Shown here piece after piece: positions 10,918-21,361 of a DNA stretch of 64,000 bases. The DNA comes from an uncultured Actinomycetota bacterium (GTDB taxonomy: Bacteria; Actinomycetota; Actinomycetes; Propionibacteriales; Nocardioidaceae), in the NCBI GenBank assembly GCA_963769475.1, contig CAVYLX010000003.1, forward strand, positions 7,097-71,096, read 5' to 3'. Numbering within the stretch: position 1 is the first letter of the stretch; each line of letters begins with the position of its first letter. Position numbers and translations under genes: made by a program. The notes beneath the pieces are model-generated. The model was not told the DNA's origin, searched no databases, and saw only the letters and a program-made list of their open reading frames with translations.

Positions 10918-13900
10918 AGCGGGCCCACCCGTTCGGCGCCGGTGAGCAGCGGCTCCCACACCTGCCAGGCGAGCTCGGGCAGCCCGGCGTCGACCAGTGC
11001 TTCCGGCGGCGTGAGGGGCCGAAGACCCGCTGGTGGTAGGCGTCGTCGTCCTCGTTGGTGATGCCGAAGGCGTTGTGGGGGTCGGTCTCCCAGTCTCGGC
11101 GGGCGGCATCGACCGGTGGCGCGTCGTGGCCGAACAGCTCCTTCGCGTGCGCCTCGGCCCAGGCCGCCGGCGGTGGCGACCGGCAGCGGGAGCGGCACCG
11201 TCAGCCCGAGGTCGCGGATCTCGACCAAGGTGCGCAGCCACTCGGCGGCGCGGTGGTCGAGCGGACCGGAGAGCGCCCGCTGCGGACCCGGCCCGCCCGC
11301 GGCCGACGGCGTGGCCGGTCCAGCTCTCGTCGGGGTGGCCGGCGCTGAGGGCGAGCAGGTCGATCCAGGTGAGCAGTCGCTGCCGGGGCTTGAGGCGGGA
11401 GTAGCCCAGCGACACGATCTTGTTGCCGTAGACGTTGGCGACGGTGCCGGTGAGCCGGCGCCCGCCGCCGAGGTCGACATCGACGTCGACCGAGCGGCGT
11501 CCGACCGTCGCGCAGCTCGGCGGTGCGAGCCCACAGCTTCTGGCACTCCTCGGTGACCTTGCGGAACGCCTGCTCGCCCAGCACGCACGGCGGCAGCGTG
11601 CCGCGCAGCTGCTCGGCAGCATCACCGCCTGCGGGTCCTGGCCGGCGAGGATCTCGGACAGCAGCCGGTCGCCGACCTGCCACAGCTCGAGCGTCGTTGA
11701 GGTCGACCGGGATCGCGTCGGCCAGCTCGTCGGGCTCGAACGGCGTCGACACGTCGAGCCGCCCCCGCAGGAACGACCGGACCGGGTGGGCGAAGAAGCC
11801 CTTCAGGTCGGCGAGCGAGACGTCGGTCAGTGGCCGCGCCGGCAACGGGCCGGGCACCAGTGGCGGGGGCACGTGGCGCGGACCCCAGGCCGCGCGGGCA
11901 CCTGCCAGCGCGGCCGTGTCGAAGCTGAACGGGCGCGTGCCGACCAGGCCGTCGGCGGTGAGGTTGCGGGCGTCGTAGGGCTGGAGCGGGTGGCGGGTGC
12001 GGATGCTGCTCGCGGACCGGCTCGGCCGTGGTGCGGTCGGCCGCGTCGAGGATCTCGCCGAGGGGTACGGCGGGAGGCCGGCGCGCGCCGGAGTGCTCGT
12101 TGGCGCCGGTGTAGGTGATCACGACGTGCTCGGTCGCAGCCAGCAGGGCGTCGAGCAGCAGCTGGCGGTCCTCGCTGCGGACGTCGCGCTCGCCGGTCAG
12201 CGGCCGCCGGGCCAGCACGTCGTCGCCGTCGACCGACGTGGTGCGCGGGTAGACGCCGTCGTCGAGCCCGACCAGGCAGACCACGCGGTGGGGCACCGAG
12301 CGCATCGGCACCATCGTGCAGACGGTGAGCGTGCCGGTGCGGAAGTTGGCCCGGGTCGGTCGCCCGGCCAGCCGCGACTGGAGCATCGCGCGGACGTCGG
12401 AGAGCCGGAGCTCCACACCGAGCTGGTCGGACGACGCGGACGCGCGGGCCAGCTCGCGCTCGAACTGAGGCAGCTGCCAGGCGTCGTCATCGGTCACGTC
12501 GGTGAGCTCGCGGACGCCGGCCCGCAGGTGGTCCATCCACTCACCGACGGTGGTGGCCGCGGTCAGCCCGGCCAGGCAGGTGCCGAGGCGGTCGAGCAGC
12601 TCGGCCAGCCGGCCGGCCAGGTCGATCTCGTTGCTACCGACGTCGTCGAGCGGCAGCCCGCGCCCGAGGTGGCGGTGGTCGTCGCCGCTCATCGCGACTC
12701 CGAGCAGGATCCGGTCGATACCGGCCCGCCAGGTGTTGTGCTCGAAGCGCTCCATCTCGAAGGCGCTGCGGGTCTCGGCGTCGACGCCCCACCGGATGCC
12801 GGCCTGGGCCACCCACCGGTTGACCCGGTCGAGCTCGTCGTCGCTGAAGCCGAACCGGCGCCGGCAGGCCTCGGTCGACGCCAGGTCGAGCACGTCGGAT
12901 GCGGTGACCCGCCCGCCGCTGAGCTCGAGCAGCGCGCCGGCGACGGCGAGGAGCGGGTTGGTGCTGGTCAGGGCGCGGTCGGCGAGCTTCACCCGGAGCT
13001 GGTGGGCCGGGTGACCGACCAGCGGCATCTGCGTGGTGGCGGTCGGCGCGAGACCGAAGCCGGCCGAGATCAGCGGCGCGAAGGTCTCGATGTCGGGACA
13101 CATCACGAGGATGTCGCGCGGCTCGAGGGTCGGGTCGTCCTGGAGGAGCCCGACCAGCACCTCGCGCAGCACGTCGATCTGGCGCGCGGCGCCGTGGCAG
13201 GCGTGCACCTGCAGGCTGCGGTCGTCGGGAGCGAGGTGGCGGGTGGCGCGCTCGTCGGCGGTCGGCGCGTGGTTGGTGCGCAGGTCGTGCTGGAGCCAGC
13301 CGAGCATCGTGGTCGGCTCGACGACCGGGACGCCGCCGCTCTCCACGGCGCTGGCGCCATGCAGCGTGCGGCGGAGCTCGCGCGAGTCGCGGCCGAGCGA
13401 CGCGAGCAGCGGGTGGTCGACCAGCTCCGCCGAGGTGTCCTCGTCACGGGCGACGACCCCGCCGAGACCGGCCAGCGAGTCCCAGAGCGCCGGGGAGGGC
13501 TGCGGCAGCCAGAGGTGTACGTCGCGGACCTCGCCGAGCGCGGCCAGCAGCTCGACCTCGGTGACCGGGATCCGGGTGTGGCCGAAGAGCGAGAGCCTTG
13601 CCGGCAGGTCGAGCTCGGCGGCGCCGGCGCGGAGCGCGGCGACCGTCGCCGCATGGCGTACGTCGGGGGCGTCGGCTTCGACGCGCGGGAGCAGCCGGCG
13701 CCACAGCTCCGCCTGCCAGACCAGGTCGTCGTCGAGCGGCGAGCCGGCGCCGTCGGTGTCGCGCCCCTCGCGCCAGTCGGTGACCAGCTGCGGGCGCTGG
13801 ACGGCGTACGACGCAAAGAGGTGAGCCAGCCGGATCGCCACGGAGTAGCGGCGGTTGCGGCGGAGGTCACCGTCGTCGGCTTCGTAGCCGTGGCCGAGGT

Positions 13901-14249
13901 GGCGCGCCAACGTGTGGCACCAGGGCTCGTGCAGGCTGTCGTCGATGGTGGACAGCAGCGGCCAGACCAGCCGCTCGGGGTCCCACGGGTCGTCGCGCTC
14001 GCGGCCGAGGAGCAGCGAGACCAGCGACCGGGGGTTGAGGAACCGGACTCCGGCGCACACCCCGTCGCCGCCGCGCGGCCCGACACCGAGGCGGTGGGAC
14101 AGCCGCTGGGTCAGCCACCGCTCCACCCCCTTCGCCGGCACCACCACGACCTCCTGCGCGAAGGGATCGTCGAGCGGTGACGACAACAGCTCGCCGAGGG
14201 TGTCGGCGAGCTGGTCGGTGCGCGGAGCGCGGTGGAGATGAAGGGTCAT
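10914..14249 (-). pseudogene. recC: Exodeoxyribonuclease V gamma subunit RecC, N-terminal about 750 codons in one frame, at least five frameshifts between about 10950 and 12000
   Basis: MTLHLHRAPRTDQLADTLGELLSSPLDDPFAQEVVVVPAKGVERWLTQRLSHRLG... (ORF 11622..14309). The tail is pieced from ORFs 11201..11872, 7573..11625 (N-terminal part) and 10914..11588 (...AWQVWEPLLTGAERVGPL-stop). The stop overlaps the recB GTG (GTGA). Confidence 0.85.
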
Positions 14250-14308
14250 CGGTGGCGACGATAGTTGCCGCCGCCGACGCGGCTCCTCAGCCGAGGTGAC
14301 GCAGCCCA

Positions 14309-14325
14309 CCTTGCCACTGGCAAGG
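14309..14325. promoter_or_regulatory. Perfect 8-1-8 palindrome CCTTGCCACTGGCAAGG, 14 nt upstream of the MMPL start; candidate operator for the downstream TetR
   Basis: Read directly; lies in the recC/MMPL divergent intergenic region. Confidence 0.45.
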
Positions 14326-14338
14326 CAGCGTCAATACC

Positions 14339-17300
14339 GTGGCCACCTCCCACGTCAGGACCACCATGGACCACACGTCCGGCCGCTTCCTCAGCTCTCT
14401 CGCCCGGCTCTCGACGGGGCGTGCCATCTGGGTGGTCGGCGCCTGGCTGGCGATCGTGGTCGGCCTCAACGTGGGCATCCCGCAGCTCGAGTCAGTGGTC
14501 GCGGGTGACTCCACCTCGGTGGTGCCGGAGGAGGCGCCGTCGGTCATCACGATCGACGCGATGGACGAGATCTTCGGCAACGGCGAGAGCGCCAGCTACG
14601 TGTACGTCGCGCTGGAGCGAGAAGGCGGCCTGACCCGAGCGGACCGGCGGTGGTTCAAGGAGCTGGTGCCGCAGCTGCGGGCGGACACCGACAACGTCAC
14701 GTTCGTGCAGGACGTGGCGGTCCGCCCGAGCTGCTCGACGCCCTGAGCAGCCACGACGGCGAGTCCGTCTACCTCCAGGTCGGCCTCCCCGGCTCGACCG
14801 GCGCTCCCGCAGCGATCGACCAGATCGCCGCGGTGCGCGAGACGGTGCGGGCCGATCCGCCCGACGGCCTGACCGTGCTGGTCACCGGTCCCGCCGCCAC
14901 CATCTCCGACCTGGCAGTGGAGGTCGAGCACAGCGTCGTCCGGATCACCATCGTGACGGTCTGCCTGATCGCCCTGATCCTCTTCCTCATCTACCGCTCG
15001 ATCGCCGTCACCGCGCTGGTGCTGTCGTTCGTCGGCATGAGCCTCGCCGCGTCGCGTGCGGTGACCTCCTTCGCGGGGATCCACGGTGTCTTCGACGTGT
15101 CGACGTTCACCGGCTCCTTCCTCACAGCCGTGGTGCTGGGGGCGGCGACCGACTACGCGATCTTCCTGGTCAGCCGCTACCACGAGCAGCGGCGGCTGGG
15201 GCTGCCGCCGAGGGAGGCCGCCGAGGTGGCCGCCACCCGCATCTCGAGCGTGATCGTCGGCTCAGCGCTCACCGTCGTCATCGCCAACGCCTGCATGGGC
15301 CTGGCCGATGTCGGCCTCTTCCGCACCACCGGACCGGCGATCGCCCTCAGCGTGACCATCACGCTGGCGATGTCGCTCACGCTGGTGCCGGCCCTGATGG
15401 TGCTGGCTGGCGAGCGCGGCATCCTCGAGCCGCGACCCCTTCGCCGCCCTGAGCGGGGCACGGGATGGGAGCGGCTCGCGGCTCTGGTCGCGGCCAAGCC
15501 CGGACGCGTGCTCCTCGCCGGGCTGGTGCCGCTGATCCTGCTGGCCGGCTTCTACCCGGCCGCGGAGGCCAGCCACGACCAGCGGGTCGTCCAGCCCGAC
15601 GACACCGAGAGCAACCGGGGCTACGACCTGCTCGCCCGCCACTACCCGCTCAACGAGATCCTTCCCGAGTACGTGCTCATCGAGGCCGACCACGACCTGC
15701 GCAACGCCAAGGACCTGGCCGCCCTGGAGCAGGCGGCCGCGTCGATCTCCCGCACCGAGGACGTCGTCTCGGTCCGCGGCGTGACCCGCCCGCTCGGTAC
15801 GCCGATCGCCCAGGCGTCGGTCGGCTACCAGGTCGCCCAGGTGGGCAAGCGGCTGGACCGGGCCGGGGACGAGGTGGAGGCCGGGTCGGACGACGCCCAG
15901 CGGCTCGTCGACGGCTCGAGTCGGCTCGAGACCGGCGCCGGGCAGCTCGCCGACGGCACCGGGCAGCTGGCCGGCGGCGCGGACCTCGCGGTCGACGGAG
16001 CCGGGCAGTTGTTGGACGGACTCGAGGAGCTGCACAGCGGCGTCGCCCGGCTGGCCGACGGTGCCGGCGACGCCGAGGACGGCGGCCGGCAGCTGCGCCA
16101 AGGAGCCGCTGCCCTCGCGAGCGGCCTCGAGACGGCGTACACCCAGACCAAGGTGGCGGTCGACGGCCTCGGTCTGGCCTCCAAGGCGCTGGACGCCAGC
16201 CTCACCTGCGGCCTGGACCCGATCTGCCGCCGCGCCCGCGCCGGGGTCCGCCAGGTGTACGCCGGCGAACGCGACCAGCTCCTGCCCGGGCTGCGCGAGG
16301 CGGCCGCCGCCGCGCGGCAGATCGCCTCGGGGACCACCGACCTCGCGACCGGGATGGCCCGGCTCGAGGCCGGACTCGACCGCGCGAGGTCGGGCGTCGC
16401 CCGGCTCGAGGCCGGGCAGCGGACGATGCGCACCAAGCTCGGCGAGCTGGCCGACGGAGCCGACCAGCTCTCCGGGGGCGCGGACGGCCGCGGTCGGCGC
16501 CGACAAGGTGCACGGCGGCACGTCGCAGATCGTCGGCTCGGTGACCGAGCTGCGAAACGGGCTGCAGCGTGCCGCGGCGTACATCGGCAAGACCGGGCAG
16601 GTGGCGGCCGACCCTGCGATCGGCGGCTTCTACCTCCCGCCGGCAGCGATGGACGACCCCGGTTCGCGGCCGCCAGCGGCCTGTTCCTGTCGGAAGACGG
16701 ACACACGGCGCGCCTGGCGGTGCTCGGTGGCACCGACGCGTTCGGGCACGAGGCCAGCGACCGATCGGTCGAGGTGCGCGACGCGGCTCTCGACGGCCTG
16801 CGCGGCACGCGGCTCGAGGACAGCGAGGTCGGCGTCACCGGTATGGCCAGCATCAAGCACGACCTCGAGGAGTACACGACCTCGGACTTCGGCCTGCTGG
16901 CGGTGATGGCGCTGCTAGCGGTGTTCCTGATCCTGCTCTGGCTGCTACGCAGCGTGGTGGCGGCGACCTTCCTGCTGGCGTCGGTCGTGCTGTCGTACGC
17001 CGCGGCGGTGGGGCTGGGCGTGCTGGTCTGGCAGGTGCTGCTGGACCGGCCGCTGGACTGGTCGGTGCCGACGATCGCGTTCATCCTGCTGGTCGCGGTC
17101 GGCGCGGACTACAACCTGCTGCTGATCAAACGTATGCACGAGGAGGCACCAGACGGTGCGCGCTCCGGCATCGCCCGAGCTCTGGTCTCCACCGGCGGAG
17201 TGATCACCGCGGCGGGCGTGATCTTCGCGGGCAGCATGTTCGCGCTGATGTCCGGCTCGGTGACCACGCTCGCGCAGACCGGGTTCACGATCGGGATGGG

Positions 17301-17415
17301 CCTGCTGCTCGACACCTTCGTCGTCCGCTCGCTCGTCGTGCCGGCCTTCGCCGCCCTGATGGGACCTCGGCTCTGGTGGCCGAGCAAACCGGCGACGACG
17401 GAGCCGGTCCGGTGA
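14339..17415 (+). pseudogene. MMPL family transporter with a large extracytoplasmic Leu/Gly heptad-repeat insert; three frameshifts (about 14715, 16490, 16665)
   Basis: ORFs 14339..14746, 14650..17415 and 16061..16906 join to give GAATDYAIFLVSRYHEQRR ... GAGQLADGTGQLAGGADLAVDGAGQLLDGLEEL ... VAVGADYNLLLIKRMHEE ... LVVPAFAALMGPRLWWPS. Confidence 0.8.
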
Positions 17416-18005
17416 GGTCGGCTCGCGACCTGCGCGACCGGCTGCTCCGCGCCGCCGAGCAGGAGATCGCCCTCAACGGCCTGGGCAAGGTGAGCCTGCG
17501 CGCGATCGCTCGCCGGTGCGGGGTGTCCCATCAGGCGACGGCCCACCACTTCGACGACCGGGCCGGGTTGTTCACGGTGCTGGCCGCCGAAGGCTTCGAG
17601 CGCCTGTACGCCGCGATCGAGGAGGCAACGGCCGCTGCTCCGCAGGAGAGTGGGGAACCCCTGGCTGCAGGTGGCACGACGTACGTCCGGTTCGCCGAGG
17701 AGAACCCGACTGTGTTCGACGTGATGTTCCAGCCGGAGCTGGTGCACACCGACGACGAACGGCTGGCCAACGCCAAGCTGGCGACCTGGGAGCAGCTGAA
17801 CCGCCTCGTCACCGAGGCGCAGTCCCGTGGCTGGGGTACGCACCTGCCGGTCGACGTGCTGGCCATGGCCTGTTGGTCGACCACCCACGGCCTGGCCGCG
17901 ATCCGGCGCGACAGCCAGCGCTCCGAGCTCTCGGCGCTCCCCGACATCGACGCGGCGACGCTGGTGAGCACGATGACCCGGGCGCTGGACCGGCCGCGCG
18001 GCTGA
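17412..18005 (+). CDS. TetR/AcrR family transcriptional regulator
   Basis: GTG 17412 overlaps the MMPL stop (GTGA). VRSARDLRDRLLRAAEQEIALNGLGKVSLRAIARRCGVSHQATAHHFDDRAGLF... Confidence 0.85.
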   Translation: MRSARDLRDRLLRAAEQEIALNGLGKVSLRAIARRCGVSHQATAHHFDDRAGLFTVLAAEGFERLYAAIEEATAAAPQESGEPLAAGGTTYVRFAEENPTVFDVMFQPELVHTDDERLANAKLATWEQLNRLVTEAQSRGWGTHLPVDVLAMACWSTTHGLAAIRRDSQRSELSALPDIDAATLVSTMTRALDRPRG

Positions 18006-18007
18006 GC

Positions 18008-18829
18008 TCAGGCGTCCCGACGGCGTACGACGACGAACGCGAGCGCCAGGAGCACGGCGACCTCGGCGGCGAAGACGCCGAAGCCGGTCCAGGGCTCCAG
18101 CAGGTTGGGGTTGAAGGAGACCGGGGTGGCCAGCGCGCCGCCGGCGTTGCCGGGCATCAGCTTCTCGAGCCAGTCGCCGAGCGTGCCGGGCACGAGCATC
18201 ACCATGTTGCCGAGCACCAGCATCAGCGCGAGCACCACCGAGACCGTGCCCGCGGTGTGGCGCAGCACGAAGCCGACGGCGACGGTGAAGAGACCGATGC
18301 CGGCGAGGTAGAGCCCGCTGCCGTACATCGCCCGCAGCACGTCACCCTCCAGGGCCATGCCGATGCCCTCGCGGTCGAGGAAGTAGTTGCCGCCGAAGTA
18401 GCCGACCAGGGCGGTGACGGTGCCGACCACGAAGAGGACACCCGCGACCAGGATCGCCTTCGCCGCCACGACCTTGCTGCGCGAGGGCACCGCCGCGAAG
18501 GAGCTGCGGATCATGCCGGTGCCGTACTCCGTGGTGACGGCCAGCGCGCCGAGGATCACCGCGCAGATCGGGGCGATCATCATGCCCCAGGTGATGAACG
18601 AGCCGGGTGACTCGTCGGCGCCCGGGCTGGCCAGCCAGTCGGCGTTGCCCCAGCACATCACGATGGTCAGGCCGGCGCCGAGGACGAAGATCGCGACGAC
18701 GGTCCACCAGGTCGAGCGGACGGTGCGGAGCTTGACCCACTCCGCCTTGAGCACGTGCCCGAAGCCCGGCCGTCGCTCGTCGGGGTGAGTCGCGGCGTCG
18801 GTCGCCGCGGACTCGGTCATGGTCGTCAT
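18008..18829 (-). CDS. ABC-2 type transporter permease
   Basis: Intact ORF with six hydrophobic segments; VLKAEWVKLRTVRSTWWTVVAIFVLGAG...; start overlaps the upstream ATPase stop. Confidence 0.8.
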   Translation of the reverse strand: MTTMTESAATDAATHPDERRPGFGHVLKAEWVKLRTVRSTWWTVVAIFVLGAGLTIVMCWGNADWLASPGADESPGSFITWGMMIAPICAVILGALAVTTEYGTGMIRSSFAAVPSRSKVVAAKAILVAGVLFVVGTVTALVGYFGGNYFLDREGIGMALEGDVLRAMYGSGLYLAGIGLFTVAVGFVLRHTAGTVSVVLALMLVLGNMVMLVPGTLGDWLEKLMPGNAGGALATPVSFNPNLLEPWTGFGVFAAEVAVLLALAFVVVRRRDA

Positions 18830-19743
18830 CGGGTGGCTCCTTCGAGCTGTGCGTGGTACTCGACGCTGTCGGCAGTGAGGGTCATGAAGGCGTCCTCGAG
18901 CGAGGACCGCACGAGGGTGAGCTCGTGCAGGGCGAGGCCGCGCGTGGCGACGGCCTCACCGATGGTGGCGGCGTCGAGGCCGGTGACCCGGAGCTCGCCG
19001 TCGACCTTGTCGACGTCGCCGCCGCGGGCCTCGACCACGTTGGCCACGTCGACCAGCGCGGGCGCCTTGACCCGCACGTACGACGCGGCGTGGTCGGTCA
19101 TGAAGTCCGCCATCGAGCAGTCGGCCAGGATCGAGCCGCGGCCGATCACGAGCAGGTGGTCGGCCATCAGCGCCATCTCCGACATCAGGTGGCTGGAGAT
19201 GAAGACGGTGCGGCCCTCGTCGGCGAGCTGGCGCGCGAACGTGCGCACCCAGCGGATGCCTTCGGGGTCGAGACCGTTGACCGGCTCGTCGAGTACGACG
19301 ACGGGCGGGTCGCCGAGCATCGCGCCCGCGATGCCGAGGCGCTGGCCCATGCCGAGCGAGAAGCGGCCCGCGCGCTGGTCGGCGACCGCGGTCAGCCCGA
19401 CCAGGTCGAGCACCTCGTCGATCCGACGGGCCCCGATGCCGTTGCTCGCGGCCATCCAGCGCAGGTGGTTGCGCGCGGAGCGGCCGGGGTGGATCGCGTG
19501 GGCGTCGAGCAGCGCGCCGATCTCTCGCAGCGGCGCCCAGGAGTCGGCGTACCGGTGACCGTTGACGCTGACCGTGCCGGACGTCGGGGCGTCGAGCCCG
19601 AGGATCATCCGCATGGTGGTGGACTTGCCGGCGCCGTTGGGGCCGAGGAAGCCGGTGACCCGGCCGGGCTCGACCACGAAGTCGATGCCGTCGACGGCGA
19701 CCCTCTCGCCGAACTTCTTGGTGAGTGCGTTGGCGCGGATCAT
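18826..19743 (-). CDS. ABC transporter ATP-binding protein
   Basis: MIRANALTKKFGERVAVDGIDFVVEPGRVTGFLGPNGAGKSTTMRMILGL (Walker A), FSLGMGQRLGIAGAML (signature), VVVLDEPVNGLD (Walker B). Confidence 0.9.
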   Translation of the reverse strand: MIRANALTKKFGERVAVDGIDFVVEPGRVTGFLGPNGAGKSTTMRMILGLDAPTSGTVSVNGHRYADSWAPLREIGALLDAHAIHPGRSARNHLRWMAASNGIGARRIDEVLDLVGLTAVADQRAGRFSLGMGQRLGIAGAMLGDPPVVVLDEPVNGLDPEGIRWVRTFARQLADEGRTVFISSHLMSEMALMADHLLVIGRGSILADCSMADFMTDHAASYVRVKAPALVDVANVVEARGGDVDKVDGELRVTGLDAATIGEAVATRGLALHELTLVRSSLEDAFMTLTADSVEYHAQLEGATR

Positions 19744-19851
19744 CGGAGCCCTCCGAGCCTCTGGGCAGTCGTGGTGGTCATAGCCAGCAGCCTGTCGCCG
19801 GAGGCCCCTTCGCCACATCGGGGAGCAGCCCTGACCGTCCCCCGGGTTAGA

Positions 19852-19902
19852 CCCTGACGAAATCGGGGTGAAATCGGCCGATCGACCCTGATTTCGTCAG
19901 GG
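19852..19902. other. Perfect 13-bp inverted repeat (CCCTGACGAAATC ... GATTTCGTCAGGG) with a 25-nt loop carrying internal repeats
   Basis: Read directly. The loop contains a second GAAATCGG copy, a second GACCCTGA copy and the palindrome ATCGGCCGAT. Lies between the stop of the PGPGW gene and the ABC ATPase start. Confidence 0.5.
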
Positions 19903-19924
19903 ACTATCGCGAAAGGGCAGGTAG

Positions 19925-20413
19925 TCAGTGGTGGTGCGGGCGTTCGGCGTCGGCCTCGATGATGTCCTGCTCGAGCTCGGCGACGGCGTCCGGGTTGTTG
20001 TGGAAGCGGCGGTAGGAGTAGACGATCAGGGCCAGGGCGATCAGGCCGGAGCCGATCTGGGTGATCGCCGTGGCGACGCCGCCGGGCAGCCACCAGCCGT
20101 CGGAGAGCGGCCACCAGTCGGGGGCCGGCGGGCTCCAGATCCACAGGAAACCGCACGCGATCAGCACCAGCGCGCCGAGCACCGACAGCGAGATCCGGAA
20201 CCAGGTCTCGACGCCCTCGGCGGCACCCTTCATCGCGCGGTACTTGATCGGGTCGAGGCGCCGCTCGGCCCACTCGTACTGCTGGGAGAGGATCGCGAGA
20301 CCGCCGAACAGCATCAGCAGGCCCGGGCCCGGCAGCACCAGCGCGGCGATCCCGCCGAGCACCAGCGTCCAGCCGGCGATCTCCAGCGCTATCCGCTTGG
20401 CCGCACCCTTCAT
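19925..20413 (-). CDS. PGPGW-motif transmembrane protein (TIGR02611-like)
   Basis: MKGAAKRIALEIAGWTLVLGGIAALVLPGPGLLMLFGGLAILSQQYEWAERRL... Confidence 0.7.
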   Translation of the reverse strand: MKGAAKRIALEIAGWTLVLGGIAALVLPGPGLLMLFGGLAILSQQYEWAERRLDPIKYRAMKGAAEGVETWFRISLSVLGALVLIACGFLWIWSPPAPDWWPLSDGWWLPGGVATAITQIGSGLIALALIVYSYRRFHNNPDAVAELEQDIIEADAERPHHH

Positions 20414-20447
20414 GCCCTGACTCTCCCAGACATTGGCAAACGACGCC

Positions 20448-20954
20448 TCAGAATCCGCCGAACTGCTCGACGTAGGCGCGGCCCTCGTCGCTCAGGTTGC
20501 CGTGGGCCTCGGCCACCTTCGCCCAGCGCAGCGACATCTTCATGAACCGCAGCGGGTTGTAGATGTCCTCCTCGCGGCTGAACAGCCCGTCGCCGGCGTA
20601 GGTCATGATCGTCAGGTTCGACTCCTCGTGCACCGAGCCGTCGCCCGGGTCGGGCATCAGGTTGCGCACCTCGCAGATCAGCCGCGAGGTGGCGGCGTCG
20701 ACGACCTGCCAGGCCAGCGGGAAGCCGGTCATCACGCCGCCCGGGAACGTCGTCATCGTCCTCACCGACCACTCGCGGATCTCGTCGCGACCCCGGAACG
20801 TGCCGAACGCGTGCTCGACGTACTCGGCGTCCTCGGTGAAGCTCAGCGCGAAGTCGTCCCAGTTGCCGCTGCGGGCGTGCTGCTCCACCCGCGCGTGCAT
20901 GGCGGCGTACGCCTCGGTGATCTCCTCGGCGCTGAAGGTCGGCTCGCTGGTCAC
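20448..20954 (-). CDS. Nuclear transport factor 2 (SnoaL-like) family protein
   Basis: ORF 20448..21101. The likely true start is GTG 20954 (VTSEPTFSAEEITEAYAAMHARVEQHARSGNWDDFALSFTEDAEYVEHAFG...). Confidence 0.6.
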   Translation of the reverse strand: MTSEPTFSAEEITEAYAAMHARVEQHARSGNWDDFALSFTEDAEYVEHAFGTFRGRDEIREWSVRTMTTFPGGVMTGFPLAWQVVDAATSRLICEVRNLMPDPGDGSVHEESNLTIMTYAGDGLFSREEDIYNPLRFMKMSLRWAKVAEAHGNLSDEGRAYVEQFGGF

Positions 20955-21361
20955 GTGCCCATCCAACCAGCGAACTGCAACACGTTCTAGTCCTCTCCTC
21001 CGTTCGGTCAAACCTGTCGCAAAAGGGGTCCCGAGACAGCCGCGCCGGGCTACATTCGTCCGGTCGGGTGCGATCGCGCCCGACTGGGGAGGGAGACCCA
21101 TCGTGATTCGTCATGCCATCACGGACCCGCTGGCGCCGGGTGGGACAGGTGCGCCCCCACCCCTCTGCAACCTCGTCGTCCCTTAGGGCGGCGACGGCAC
21201 GCCGCGCCGCCACCCCGTCCCTGGGTGGCGGCGCGGTGGTGTGCCCATTTGACCTATCGAAGCGCCTCACTCCATAATCTTTAGTTATTCAGTACATTAG
21301 TGCTAAACATCGACTATGTCGGCGCGTGGTGCGCGCCCCGAACTGCCGAAAGGTACTCGTC

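Noticed and set aside
5787-14249. recC-recB-recD as part of a defence island or mobile region.
   Set aside because: The order is the standard actinobacterial operon, with overlapping start/stop codons and typical GC. No adjacent defence or mobility genes are present.
15780-16680. A tandem DNA repeat or array in the MMPL gene.
   Set aside because: The periodicity is at the protein level (degenerate heptads within a reading frame). These are not identical nucleotide repeats with spacers.
21120-21245. 6C-type small RNA (two hairpins near C-rich tracts).
   Set aside because: Two hairpins can be drawn, but the C-runs lie in the stems rather than forming the C-rich loops characteristic of 6C RNA. 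No other conserved features were recognised.
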